This document shows positions 1 to 7,572 of a stretch of DNA of 46,804 nucleotides, piece after piece. The notes beneath the pieces are model-generated. The model saw only the letters and a program-made list of their open reading frames with translations. It did not search any database and had not been told where the DNA came from. The position numbers and the translations under genes are program-made. Every line of letters starts with the position of its first letter. Within the stretch, counting starts at the first letter, position 1. This DNA comes from an uncultured Desulfovibrionaceae bacterium (GTDB lineage: Bacteria; Desulfobacterota; Desulfovibrionia; Desulfovibrionales; Desulfovibrionaceae): contig CAYJHJ010000007.1 of the NCBI GenBank assembly GCA_964370095.1, positions 1 through 46,804 on the forward strand, written 5' to 3'.

Positions 1-49
1 TGACCTCATCCTTACCAAGGATGCACTCTACCGACTGAGCTACAAAGGC
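1..49 (-). tRNA. tRNA-Thr (anticodon GGU), 5' two-thirds only; the 3' part lies beyond the left window edge
   Basis: Reverse complement of 1-49 reads GCCTTTG-TA-GCTC-AGTCGGTA-GAGT-G-CATCC-TTGGTAA-GGATG-AGGTC-A. This gives an acceptor arm, a D arm (GCTC/GAGT), an anticodon stem CATCC/GGATG with 7-nt loop TTGGTAA (anticodon GGT), and a variable loop before the window ends. Confidence 0.85.
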
Positions 50-159
50 ACGAAAAATACTTTTAGCAAAGAGCACTTAGATTGTCAAGGAAATAATTTC
101 TAATAATTTTTTGTAATTTCAAGCTATTAGAAGTTTTTTTCTTTTAAATAACAATTCAC

Positions 160-187
160 TTGACCTCATAGAAAATTCTTTTATACT
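160..187 (+). promoter_or_regulatory. Candidate sigma-70 promoter (TTGACC-N16-TATACT) for the glycosyltransferase-like gene
   Basis: TTGACC at 160-165 and TATACT at 182-187. The ATG at 194 lies 7 nt after the -10 hexamer and has no SD, so the transcript would be leaderless or nearly so. Confidence 0.35.
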
Positions 188-193
188 AATGCC

Positions 194-1324
194 ATGAATA
201 TCTTATTAATTGAAAAAGATTACTTTAAAAAAGAAAATCACACAATTATACATACGGCAGCATGCTCTTTGCAAGTGGCTTATGCTTTGCGTTCATACAC
301 AAAAGGAAAAGTTTTTGTTTTGGCCTCACAAGGGTCTTTGTATGAAAAAGTTGCTTTAGCACAGGGTCTTGAATGTATATACGAAGTGCAAGGTTTTGCC
401 TCATCATTAAAGTTTGCACGAAAACTAAAAGAAAAAAACATCACTTGTTTATATTCATTTGATGCGGAATCTGCCAGATTAATTCGCTCAACAATGTTTT
501 GGAATCAAAGCCTTATCCATATCCACAGCGAAAATAGATATTCTGAAAACCAAGATATTTTACGCTCAAAAAGCTTTGAAAAAGTAAAAGCTTTTATTTT
601 TGCAGACCAAAGTTTTAGAGAATATTATGCCCCCTCCTTTGTTTCAAAAGAAGGGCAAAACGAAAATTATGATAATGTTTTTGTTATGCCACTTTATGAA
701 ACTTCGATGCAACACATGAAGCAAAAATCAAGGGATATGAATAAAAATGAAGATTTTGCTTCTTCAATCAAAGAAACAGGCAAACAAAGAATACGCTTTT
801 TTATTCCAACGCCTATATTATTGCAAGGCGATGTTGAAAAACTTCTTGAAGCTTTTTACCTTTTTGACAAAGAATTCAATAACACAGCAACATGGCAAGC
901 TTATTTTATCGGTGCCGGTGATGAAGTAGAAGAAATTGTTGAATGTGCAAAAAAACACACTATTGAAGAACATATAGCAATTTTTTCAAATATTGACATT
1001 CAATTTGATTATGGAAAAAACGATCTTTGCATTGTGCCTGTTCAAAAAGAAGAGTATTTACTCTACCCTATTTTATGGGCATGGCAAAACAACCTTCCCC
1101 TATTGCTTACTTCACGCCTAAGATATAGTGATGTTTTACAAAATAATGAAAATGTTTTTATAGCAGATTCACACTCTTCAGATGCCTTATATATTTCTTT
1201 GAAAAAGTTTGTAAACGATGAAAAATTAAGAGAACATATCACGACAAACGGAAGAAAAACTCTAGAAAAATTATATAGTTTGGACACAAAAAAAGCCTAT
1301 TTAAGCTTTTTTAATAGCCTTTAA
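194..1324 (+). CDS. GT-B fold (GT1/GT4-like) glycosyltransferase family protein, possibly degenerate
   Basis: 376-aa ORF. The C-terminal half has the layout of the GT1 nucleotide-sugar binding domain (..CIVPVQKEEYLLYPILWAWQNNLPLL..NENVFIADSHS..). The usual E-x7-E second Glu position appears to be replaced (LWAWQ). The N-terminal domain is weakly GT-B-like. Confidence 0.55.
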   Translation: MNILLIEKDYFKKENHTIIHTAACSLQVAYALRSYTKGKVFVLASQGSLYEKVALAQGLECIYEVQGFASSLKFARKLKEKNITCLYSFDAESARLIRSTMFWNQSLIHIHSENRYSENQDILRSKSFEKVKAFIFADQSFREYYAPSFVSKEGQNENYDNVFVMPLYETSMQHMKQKSRDMNKNEDFASSIKETGKQRIRFFIPTPILLQGDVEKLLEAFYLFDKEFNNTATWQAYFIGAGDEVEEIVECAKKHTIEEHIAIFSNIDIQFDYGKNDLCIVPVQKEEYLLYPILWAWQNNLPLLLTSRLRYSDVLQNNENVFIADSHSSDALYISLKKFVNDEKLREHITTNGRKTLEKLYSLDTKKAYLSFFNSL

Positions 1325-1510
1325 AAAAATAAAATACTTAAATATTAATACCTTAAGTGCTCTTTTGCGAAAAATAGAAATTTTCCTACTTGTGTAATTT
1401 AATTTATTATATTATACTTTTTCTTAGTTGGAATGAATAAGTGTAACGACTTTATTTTGTTAAGAAAATTAAGTCTTTAAAAACATTAAACATTTTCTAA
1501 AATTTTTCTA

Positions 1511-1539
1511 TTGACAAGTGTGTATAATCTTTGTATATT
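1511..1539 (+). promoter_or_regulatory. Candidate sigma-70 promoter (TTGACA-N17-TATATT) inside the 410-bp AT-rich spacer
   Basis: TTGACA at 1511-1516 and TATATT at 1534-1539. This would give a roughly 190-nt leader before the ATG at 1735. The background is extremely AT-rich, so chance matches are likely. Confidence 0.35.
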
Positions 1540-1734
1540 TAAAATACAAAATGTATGTAACTTGTTTTTGTTAAAAAAATTAAAGTAATAGAACATTTGG
1601 AATATCGTTATTTTTATTTTGAATTAGAGGAAGTTACTTATATAAAATTTTTATTAAATGAAAAATACTTTATGTAAGAATTTGATTAAATTGCTAAACT
1701 TGTAAAAATAATAACATTCTTTACGGAGAAAGCT

Positions 1735-2133
1735 ATGGCTGAAATGAAACAAACTGTAGACACAAAAAATTCCTTAAAACTAGATAATGGTGCTGTTATG
1801 GAATTTGAAGGGCAAAACTTTGCGGAAGTTTCATGGTTTGAAGACGGTGAAGGCGAAGATTCAAATTGCATTAAACGCCAACGTATCTACACAACACAAA
1901 CCGGGGCACAAGTATATTCAATCTCTGAAAGCAGCTCTATCAGAAATTCTCACAGAGCTTACATGCTTGATTTGCAAGAAAATACATTGCATATAAACAA
2001 TGGCAAAACCTCATTAGACCTCGATAAAGATTTGTTTATGCTCTTTATCAAAGGCATGCTTGATAAAGTTGAGGCAAATTCAGAAGCAACTCTTACTCAT
2101 ATTGATGAATTGCTAAAAGCTGCCAATAGTTAG
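1735..2133 (+). CDS. Hypothetical acidic 132-aa protein, no recognisable domain
   Basis: The ORF has a good SD (GGAGA at 1724-1728, 6-nt spacer) and is followed by a hairpin terminator. There is no signal peptide, TM segment or motif that I recognise. Confidence 0.6.
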   Translation: MAEMKQTVDTKNSLKLDNGAVMEFEGQNFAEVSWFEDGEGEDSNCIKRQRIYTTQTGAQVYSISESSSIRNSHRAYMLDLQENTLHINNGKTSLDLDKDLFMLFIKGMLDKVEANSEATLTHIDELLKAANS

Positions 2134-2217
2134 GTTTTATTTTATACAAGAATTACAGCGATTTATTCTATCGTTTGCTTTATTGCCCTCAATTTTCAAT
2201 TAAATTTCACAGAATAT

Positions 2218-2256
2218 AAAGCCCTTATTCAATTATTTGAGTAGGGCTTTTATATT
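2218..2256. terminator. Bidirectional rho-independent terminator between convergent genes
   Basis: Stem AAAGCCCT (2218-2225) pairs with AGGGCTTT (2243-2250). The stem is flanked by A-rich and T-rich tracts on both sides. Confidence 0.7.
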
Positions 2257-2271
2257 GAAAATTATTAAAGA

Positions 2272-3321
2272 CTATATAATAAATTCGATAAGAATTGGCC
2301 AAAATAAAATAAGCGAAACAAGCCTTATCAGGTGGAAAAAAATCACAAGAGGAACATTAGCATTCATCTCTTGGGCAGTAAGTGCCATTTGCGAAAGCCC
2401 GCCGCTTATACAAGATAAATAGCAAGTAAGCCTATCCCACTTTGTAAGATAGCACAGAAATAAACCTTGTAAAAAACCACCCAAAACTGATATTATAAGT
2501 ATAATAATTAAAGGTATGATGCTAGAGCTAAAAGCTAAAAGAGCAGCACTTGTTATGCTTGTTGCTGTTGCTAGTGCTATACATGAATGGGCAAAATATT
2601 GCACCTTTATGGGAAATATCAAACTTTTATTGCGTATAAGCAAGTAAGAAATACTACCAAACAGGCATGCCATAATAATAGCCGCAGGCACCTTAATTGT
2701 ATAAAAAAGCAAACACAAAACTATATTTAAAGCAAAAAGAGGAATAAGTTCTTTTTTTACAAGTGGCTGATTTTCTTGAATTTGCAAATCTTTTATATTT
2801 TGTTCATTACTTTTATTTGGCTTCATAAACTTTAAAACAAGAGGAACTAAAATAAGAATACACAATAAACGCATGATTTGTATAAAAGAAATAAGCACAG
2901 TATCAGCATTTAGCGAAAAGCCAAGTGCAACCATTTCAGCAAAACCACCCGGTGCTGTTCCGATAATAGAGCTTGTCAGGTCTTTACCTGTAATAAAATA
3001 AAAAGCAAAGCCACTTGCAATAGCAAGCAAAAATGTGGTTGAGGTTGCAAAAAATAAAGGAAGAGGAACTTCTTTGAGGTAAAGTAGCGATCTTCTTGTA
3101 AAGCGCGTGGCAAGAATTGTGCCTAAAAAAAATTGCCCTATAAGTGCAACCCAAAAAGTCGGAACTATAGGCAATAAGCCATATAAATTTAAAAAAGTAA
3201 AATAAAGCAAAGGGCCAAGCAATGCCGGAGTGGGTATTTTTAAAAAAGAAAAAAGACCTATAGCCAAAATACAGCCAAAAACAGTATAAGAATATTGAAA
3301 AATAAGTTGTGCAATTTCCAT
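2272..3321 (-). CDS. AbrB-family (putative ammonia monooxygenase-like) duplicated integral membrane protein
   Basis: 349 aa and polytopic. The N-terminus has ..LKIPTPALLGPLL.. and the C-terminal half has ..GGLSQMALTAQEMNANVPLVIFFHLIRL.., which are the two signature repeats of the membrane AbrB family (PF05145-type). Confidence 0.7.
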   Translation of the reverse strand: MEIAQLIFQYSYTVFGCILAIGLFSFLKIPTPALLGPLLYFTFLNLYGLLPIVPTFWVALIGQFFLGTILATRFTRRSLLYLKEVPLPLFFATSTTFLLAIASGFAFYFITGKDLTSSIIGTAPGGFAEMVALGFSLNADTVLISFIQIMRLLCILILVPLVLKFMKPNKSNEQNIKDLQIQENQPLVKKELIPLFALNIVLCLLFYTIKVPAAIIMACLFGSISYLLIRNKSLIFPIKVQYFAHSCIALATATSITSAALLAFSSSIIPLIIILIISVLGGFLQGLFLCYLTKWDRLTCYLSCISGGLSQMALTAQEMNANVPLVIFFHLIRLVSLILFWPILIEFII

Positions 3322-3326
3322 AAGAT

Positions 3327-4850
3327 TTATGAGTTTTGATTCCTATCAAGAGAGCGATAATTCACTGCTTCAGCCAAATGCAAAGTAGTTATATTTAAAT
3401 CTTTGTTTAAATCAGCTATAGTTCTGGCTATGCGTAGAATTCTTGTGTAAGACCTTGCAGATAAAGCAAATTTATCAACAACAGCTCCAAGAAAATCATG
3501 CTCTTCTTTGCCAAGTTTACAATAAATATCCAAATATTTTCCTGAAAGTTCTGCATTTGAATTGCAAGGTATATCTTTATATCTTTCTTCTTGAATTTTG
3601 CGGGCTTGCACTATATTTTCCCGCATTTGCTCTGAACTAAAGCCCTGTGATTCGCTTCGCAAATCTTTATAAGGCACAGCAGGAACTTCAATATGCAAGT
3701 CAATTCTATCAAGTAAAGGGCCTGAAAGTTTATTTCTATATTTTTGCCTTACTTGTGGTGAGCAAGTGCATTCATGCTTAGGATCTGTGGCATAACCACA
3801 AGGGCAAGGGTTCATGGCAGCAACAAGCATGAAGTTTGCAGGATAGCTAGATGTGTGTGTTACTCTAGCAATAGTTACTTGCATATCTTCTAAAGGCTGA
3901 CGCAAAACTTCAAGTGCAGATTTTTGAAACTCAGGCAATTCATCCAAAAACAGCACGCCCCTATGTGCCATTGAAACTTCACCCGGTTTTGGAAGCCTGC
4001 CACCACCAATAAGTGCAATATCTGAAACTGTGTGATGAGGTGAACGAAAAGGCCTTGATTTAATAAGCCCTTTATTTTCCAACCTTCCGGAAACACTATA
4101 TATTTTCGTAACTTCCAAAGCTTCATCAAAATTCAAGGGTGGCAAAACCGTCGGAATTCTTTTGGCAAGCATGGTTTTGCCAGACCCCGGAGGGCCAATA
4201 AATAAAAGATTATGTGCACCTGCAGCTGCAATTTCAACAGCTCTTTTAGCTTGTTCTTGCCCTTTTACTTCTGAAAAATCCAAGAAAAACTCTCTTTCTT
4301 CATCAAAATTTTGGGCATGTATAGGTTCAAGCTTTATTCTTTTTTGCAAAAATGCAATTATTTCAGAAAGGTTTTTTATTGCATAAACATCAATTCCTTC
4401 AACTATGGCCGCTTCTTGTGCATTTTCTTTTGCCACAAAAATTGCCCTAAGCTTTTCATCCTTAGCCCGCATAACTAAAGGCAAAATACCTGCAACAGGG
4501 CGAAGTTCACCACTAAGTGAAAGCTCTGCTGCAAAGAAATAGTTCTTACATTCATTATAATCAAGCACTTCACTTGTGCAAAGAAGGGCAATAGCAAGGG
4601 GCAAGTCGTAAAATGAACCGAATTTTTTCCTGTCAGCAGGTGCAAGGTTTACTGTAATTTTTCCCATGGGTGCAGGCAAGTTATTTGCCCTTAAAGCAGA
4701 AAAAACCCTGTCTTTAGCTTCTTTTACTGCTCCCTCAGCAAGTCCTACCATCAAAAAAGAGGGCAAACCTTTACTATTATGTTCAACTTCTACATCAACT
4801 TTATACGTATCAACACCATCCAGTGCTCCTGAAGTAAGAATGACGACCAT
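3327..4850 (-). CDS. yifB: YifB/ComM family Mg-chelatase-like AAA+ ATPase
   Basis: 507 aa with a Lon-protease-like N-domain, Walker A GPPGSGKT, ..GVLFLDELPEF.., a Cys cluster CPCGY..C.C, and the typical C-terminal ..SARSYTRILRIARTIADL.. segment. Confidence 0.92.
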   Translation of the reverse strand: MVVILTSGALDGVDTYKVDVEVEHNSKGLPSFLMVGLAEGAVKEAKDRVFSALRANNLPAPMGKITVNLAPADRKKFGSFYDLPLAIALLCTSEVLDYNECKNYFFAAELSLSGELRPVAGILPLVMRAKDEKLRAIFVAKENAQEAAIVEGIDVYAIKNLSEIIAFLQKRIKLEPIHAQNFDEEREFFLDFSEVKGQEQAKRAVEIAAAGAHNLLFIGPPGSGKTMLAKRIPTVLPPLNFDEALEVTKIYSVSGRLENKGLIKSRPFRSPHHTVSDIALIGGGRLPKPGEVSMAHRGVLFLDELPEFQKSALEVLRQPLEDMQVTIARVTHTSSYPANFMLVAAMNPCPCGYATDPKHECTCSPQVRQKYRNKLSGPLLDRIDLHIEVPAVPYKDLRSESQGFSSEQMRENIVQARKIQEERYKDIPCNSNAELSGKYLDIYCKLGKEEHDFLGAVVDKFALSARSYTRILRIARTIADLNKDLNITTLHLAEAVNYRSLDRNQNS

Positions 4851-4895
4851 AATTTTTCCCTTGATTGACCTAGTTTTAGGAATTATACACAGTGT

Positions 4896-5525
4896 TTATT
4901 GATGCACTAAGCTACCAATTCTCTCAAAACGTATTTTATCTAAACCATCTGCTTCTTTATCCCATGAAAAATAAAATCTCCAGGCTTTTCCGCGAATATT
5001 TTCCCTATCCACAAAGCCCCAGAAGCGTGAATCTAAAGAGTCATCTCTGTTATCCCCCATCACAAAATACTTTCCGGGAGGAACTTGAATGGCTTGCATT
5101 TGGTTTGCATGCCCTTCAATATAATTTGGGCGTGAATATTGTATATAATCTTCAACTACTTTTTCACCATTCCTATAAAGCTGCTTGTCTTTTATTTCTA
5201 AAATATCACCCGGAATGCCTACAATACGCTTAACATAGTCAATCGAAGGGTCTTGCGGGTAAGGAAATATTATAATATCACCACGCTCCGGGTCTTTGCC
5301 TTCTATTAAATATTTATCGGTGAAAGGGTTTTTCACACCATAAATAAATTTATTTACAAGCAAATAATCGCCTATTTGCAAGGTTTGAAGCATTGAGCCA
5401 GATGGGATTTGATAGGCAGCAACAATAAAAGTTTTTATTACAATAGCAAAAAGAAAAGCAATAACAATAGCTTCAATATATTCAACCAAAATATTTTTCT
5501 TTTTCTTTTGTTTTTTGAGTTCCAT
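4896..5525 (-). CDS. lepB: Signal peptidase I
   Basis: N-terminal TM segment, Ser box SGSMLQTL, Lys box YVKRIVG, and GDNRDDSLDSRFWGFV. Confidence 0.93.
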   Translation of the reverse strand: MELKKQKKKKNILVEYIEAIVIAFLFAIVIKTFIVAAYQIPSGSMLQTLQIGDYLLVNKFIYGVKNPFTDKYLIEGKDPERGDIIIFPYPQDPSIDYVKRIVGIPGDILEIKDKQLYRNGEKVVEDYIQYSRPNYIEGHANQMQAIQVPPGKYFVMGDNRDDSLDSRFWGFVDRENIRGKAWRFYFSWDKEADGLDKIRFERIGSLVHQ

Positions 5526-5594
5526 AACTTTTGTTCCTTATTTTATTAATACCGTATAAAAATAAATTATGCTATTATCTTATTCTTTGCAAGT

Positions 5595-6638
5595 TTAACA
5601 TTCTAAAAAAAGTTTTATAAGATTTTCATGATCTGCATTTAATATATATGTTTGAAAATCAATAAGTTCTAATGATTTCTCAATTTCTTTCGGCTCATAG
5701 TCAAGTCCAATTAATTTTTCTTCGATTTCAGAAACATCTTTTAGTGCAAAAAAATCACCTTCAAGCTTACAAGCTGTAATTTTTCCTTTTATAACATTGT
5801 AATTCACTCGCACAGAGCCAAAAGGAAATTTTTTCCTTAATGAAACTGTGAAAGGGGGTGATTGGTTCAATGTCCAAATAGGGTTTGCGTATTTTTTATC
5901 GGCAATTTTTTCCGCTTCTAACTCTATGTTTTGCTTGACTATTTCTGGAATTTCTCTAGAAAAATTATTTGTTATCTCATCATTGCTTGAAATGAAATAA
6001 TCTTTTAAAGCCATAGAAACAAGCTTGACAGCATTAGCAGTAGATGAAGCATTTTGCAAATATTCTCGAATATTTACAACTCTTGAACGCACAGAAGCTA
6101 TGCCTTTTGATTTATATTTATCAGGATTGCCTGTAAGCACATATTCCAAAATGTCTAAATCCACATCAATAAGCATGGCCCCATGCACTAAAATTGCGTG
6201 CTTTCCCTTTGTTTGAGCGGTTCCACAGATTTTTCTCCCTTCTGCCAATATGTCATTTCTGCCTGAAATCTCAGCAGGAATTCCTATATTTTTCAGGGCT
6301 TCAACCATAGGTTTTAGGAAAACATGAAAGTCCACCTTCATGGCATTTGTTGGAATAATAAATGAAAAATTCAAATTGCCCAAATCGTGATAAACTGCTC
6401 CACCACCTGTTGGGCGGCGAATAAGCTCTATTGAATTTTCTTTAAGATATGCCATATCAATTTCTTCAAAAGCATTTTGATGCTTACCAATAATCACAGA
6501 AGATTTATTCTGCCATAGCATAAAAACAGGATGGGTTTTGGTATAATCAGAATCCAGCAAAGCCTCTTCTATAGCTAAGTTTAATGCAGGATTATGATTT
6601 GTATTATCATAAAATATTAGTTCGTTCTTATTGTACAT
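5595..6638 (-). CDS. lplA: Lipoate-protein ligase A
   Basis: 347 aa with RRPTGGGAVYHDLGN, the catalytic-Lys context KICGTAQ, and a C-terminal LplA accessory domain. Confidence 0.9.
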   Translation of the reverse strand: MYNKNELIFYDNTNHNPALNLAIEEALLDSDYTKTHPVFMLWQNKSSVIIGKHQNAFEEIDMAYLKENSIELIRRPTGGGAVYHDLGNLNFSFIIPTNAMKVDFHVFLKPMVEALKNIGIPAEISGRNDILAEGRKICGTAQTKGKHAILVHGAMLIDVDLDILEYVLTGNPDKYKSKGIASVRSRVVNIREYLQNASSTANAVKLVSMALKDYFISSNDEITNNFSREIPEIVKQNIELEAEKIADKKYANPIWTLNQSPPFTVSLRKKFPFGSVRVNYNVIKGKITACKLEGDFFALKDVSEIEEKLIGLDYEPKEIEKSLELIDFQTYILNADHENLIKLFLEC

Positions 6639-6662
6639 ATAGTCTGTAATGCGTTATAATAA

Positions 6663-7550
6663 TTATTTATTTTTTAGAAAACAAGCAGTAAGAATAGCCC
6701 CTGCTTGAGCAACATTCAAAGAATCAAAATCTCTTTGCATAGGAATTAAAAGAGTGGAATGGCATTTTGAGTGAACAAGAGGGCGAATACCCTTTTCTTC
6801 ATTCCCCAAAACAAGGATAGCAGGCAGAAAAAGCTTGTCAGAAAGTGGGTTTAGCACTTGTATATCGCGTGATTTCTTCTTGGTTTTACTCTCTTTATCT
6901 TTGTTTTCCTCTTCGTGAAAAAGGGCTGTTGAATAGATATTATAACCTGCTTTATCAGCCATTTCTAGCGCATTTGCGAGATTAGTTACCTTAGAAATAG
7001 GCAAATAATCCAAAGCACCTGCCGCACTTTTTTTTGCACCAAAGCCCAAAGCAGCCGAATTATGAGTAGGCATCACAATTCCAGCTCCACCAAGAGCATA
7101 AAGTGTGCGGGCAAGCGTTCCCACATTTCCCGGGTCTTGCACGCAGTCAAGTGCAATGATTAAAGGAAGTGGCACGCTAATTGCATCATTTAGCATGTCT
7201 TCAAAAGCTACAGTTGAAACTTCTTTAAGCTTGGCAATTACACCTTGACTATTGATGTTTTGTTCTGTAAAAATTCTTTTGAAGTTTGCATCATCAACTA
7301 AGGTAAAGCGTATATTATGTATGGAGCATAAATCAAGGATACGAGCTGTATCTGAGTTTTTCTGCCCCTTTTTGATGCGAACCCATTCAATTTTTTGTGG
7401 GTTGGTTTCAAGCAATTCACGCAATGGTTTAGTGCCAATACAAAAAGCTTCTTCTTGCTCAGAGGTATTGGTTTTTACACTCTTGGCATGGGATCTGCCT
7501 TTTGCATATTCATTGTCATTAAAAGAAGTATGTTCAAATTTTTTTTTCAT
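6663..7550 (-). CDS. rlmB: TrmH/SpoU-family 23S rRNA (Gm2251) 2'-O-methyltransferase
   Basis: SpoU motifs are present: ..DPGNVGTLARTL.., ..LVLGNEEKGI.., ..SLNVAQAGAIL... There is a Lys/Glu-rich N-terminal extension. Confidence 0.85.
   Translation of the reverse strand: MKKKFEHTSFNDNEYAKGRSHAKSVKTNTSEQEEAFCIGTKPLRELLETNPQKIEWVRIKKGQKNSDTARILDLCSIHNIRFTLVDDANFKRIFTEQNINSQGVIAKLKEVSTVAFEDMLNDAISVPLPLIIALDCVQDPGNVGTLARTLYALGGAGIVMPTHNSAALGFGAKKSAAGALDYLPISKVTNLANALEMADKAGYNIYSTALFHEEENKDKESKTKKKSRDIQVLNPLSDKLFLPAILVLGNEEKGIRPLVHSKCHSTLLIPMQRDFDSLNVAQAGAILTACFLKNK
7484..7498 (+). promoter_or_regulatory. Candidate sigma-54 (-24/-12) promoter facing mltD
   Basis: TGGCATG-GGAT-CTGC aligns to the consensus TGGCACG-N4-TTGC, with the GG and GC dinucleotides at the exact spacing. 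It lies about 75 nt upstream of the mltD ATG, inside the first codons of the divergent rlmB. Confidence 0.35.
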
Positions 7551-7572
7551 AAAGCCTCATAAGGAGATGCGC

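Noticed and set aside
1-169. The 9-mer TGACCTCAT occurs both inside the tRNA-Thr gene (1-9) and at 161-169. I considered it as a possible att-type duplication flanking an insertion.
   Set aside because: The repeat is only 9 nt, so a chance occurrence in about 94 kb of two-strand sequence is not unlikely. It corresponds to an internal part of the tRNA rather than its 3' end, and it lies on the 5' side of the tRNA. No integrase or other mobile-element gene is present.
1658-1705. A 15-codon uORF (MKNTLCKNLIKLLNL) in the putative leader of the orphan ORF.
   Set aside because: It has no SD and no run of regulatory codons. Short ATG-to-stop frames are expected by chance in such AT-rich sequence.
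5896-5903. A perfect sigma-28 -10 box GCCGATAA (minus strand) inside lplA.
   Set aside because: There is no TAAAGTTT-like -35 at the required N11 spacing, and the site is in the middle of a coding region.
7539-7547. An A9 run (T9 on the plus strand) immediately after the rlmB ATG (MKKK..). I considered it as a possible phase-variation tract.
   Set aside because: Lys-rich N-termini encoded by A-runs are common in AT-rich genomes. Unlike the dnaX tract, there is no functional logic and no flanking-stop arrangement. Other A8 runs (23967, 24251, 31733) are similarly unremarkable.
7252-7572. The ORF track extends the mltD reading frame 107 codons upstream, giving a 679-aa ORF.
   Set aside because: The extension is entirely antisense to rlmB. 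It has no recognisable protein features and precedes a textbook AAGGAG-N6-ATG start followed by a lipoprotein signal peptide. It is an open antisense frame, not coding sequence.
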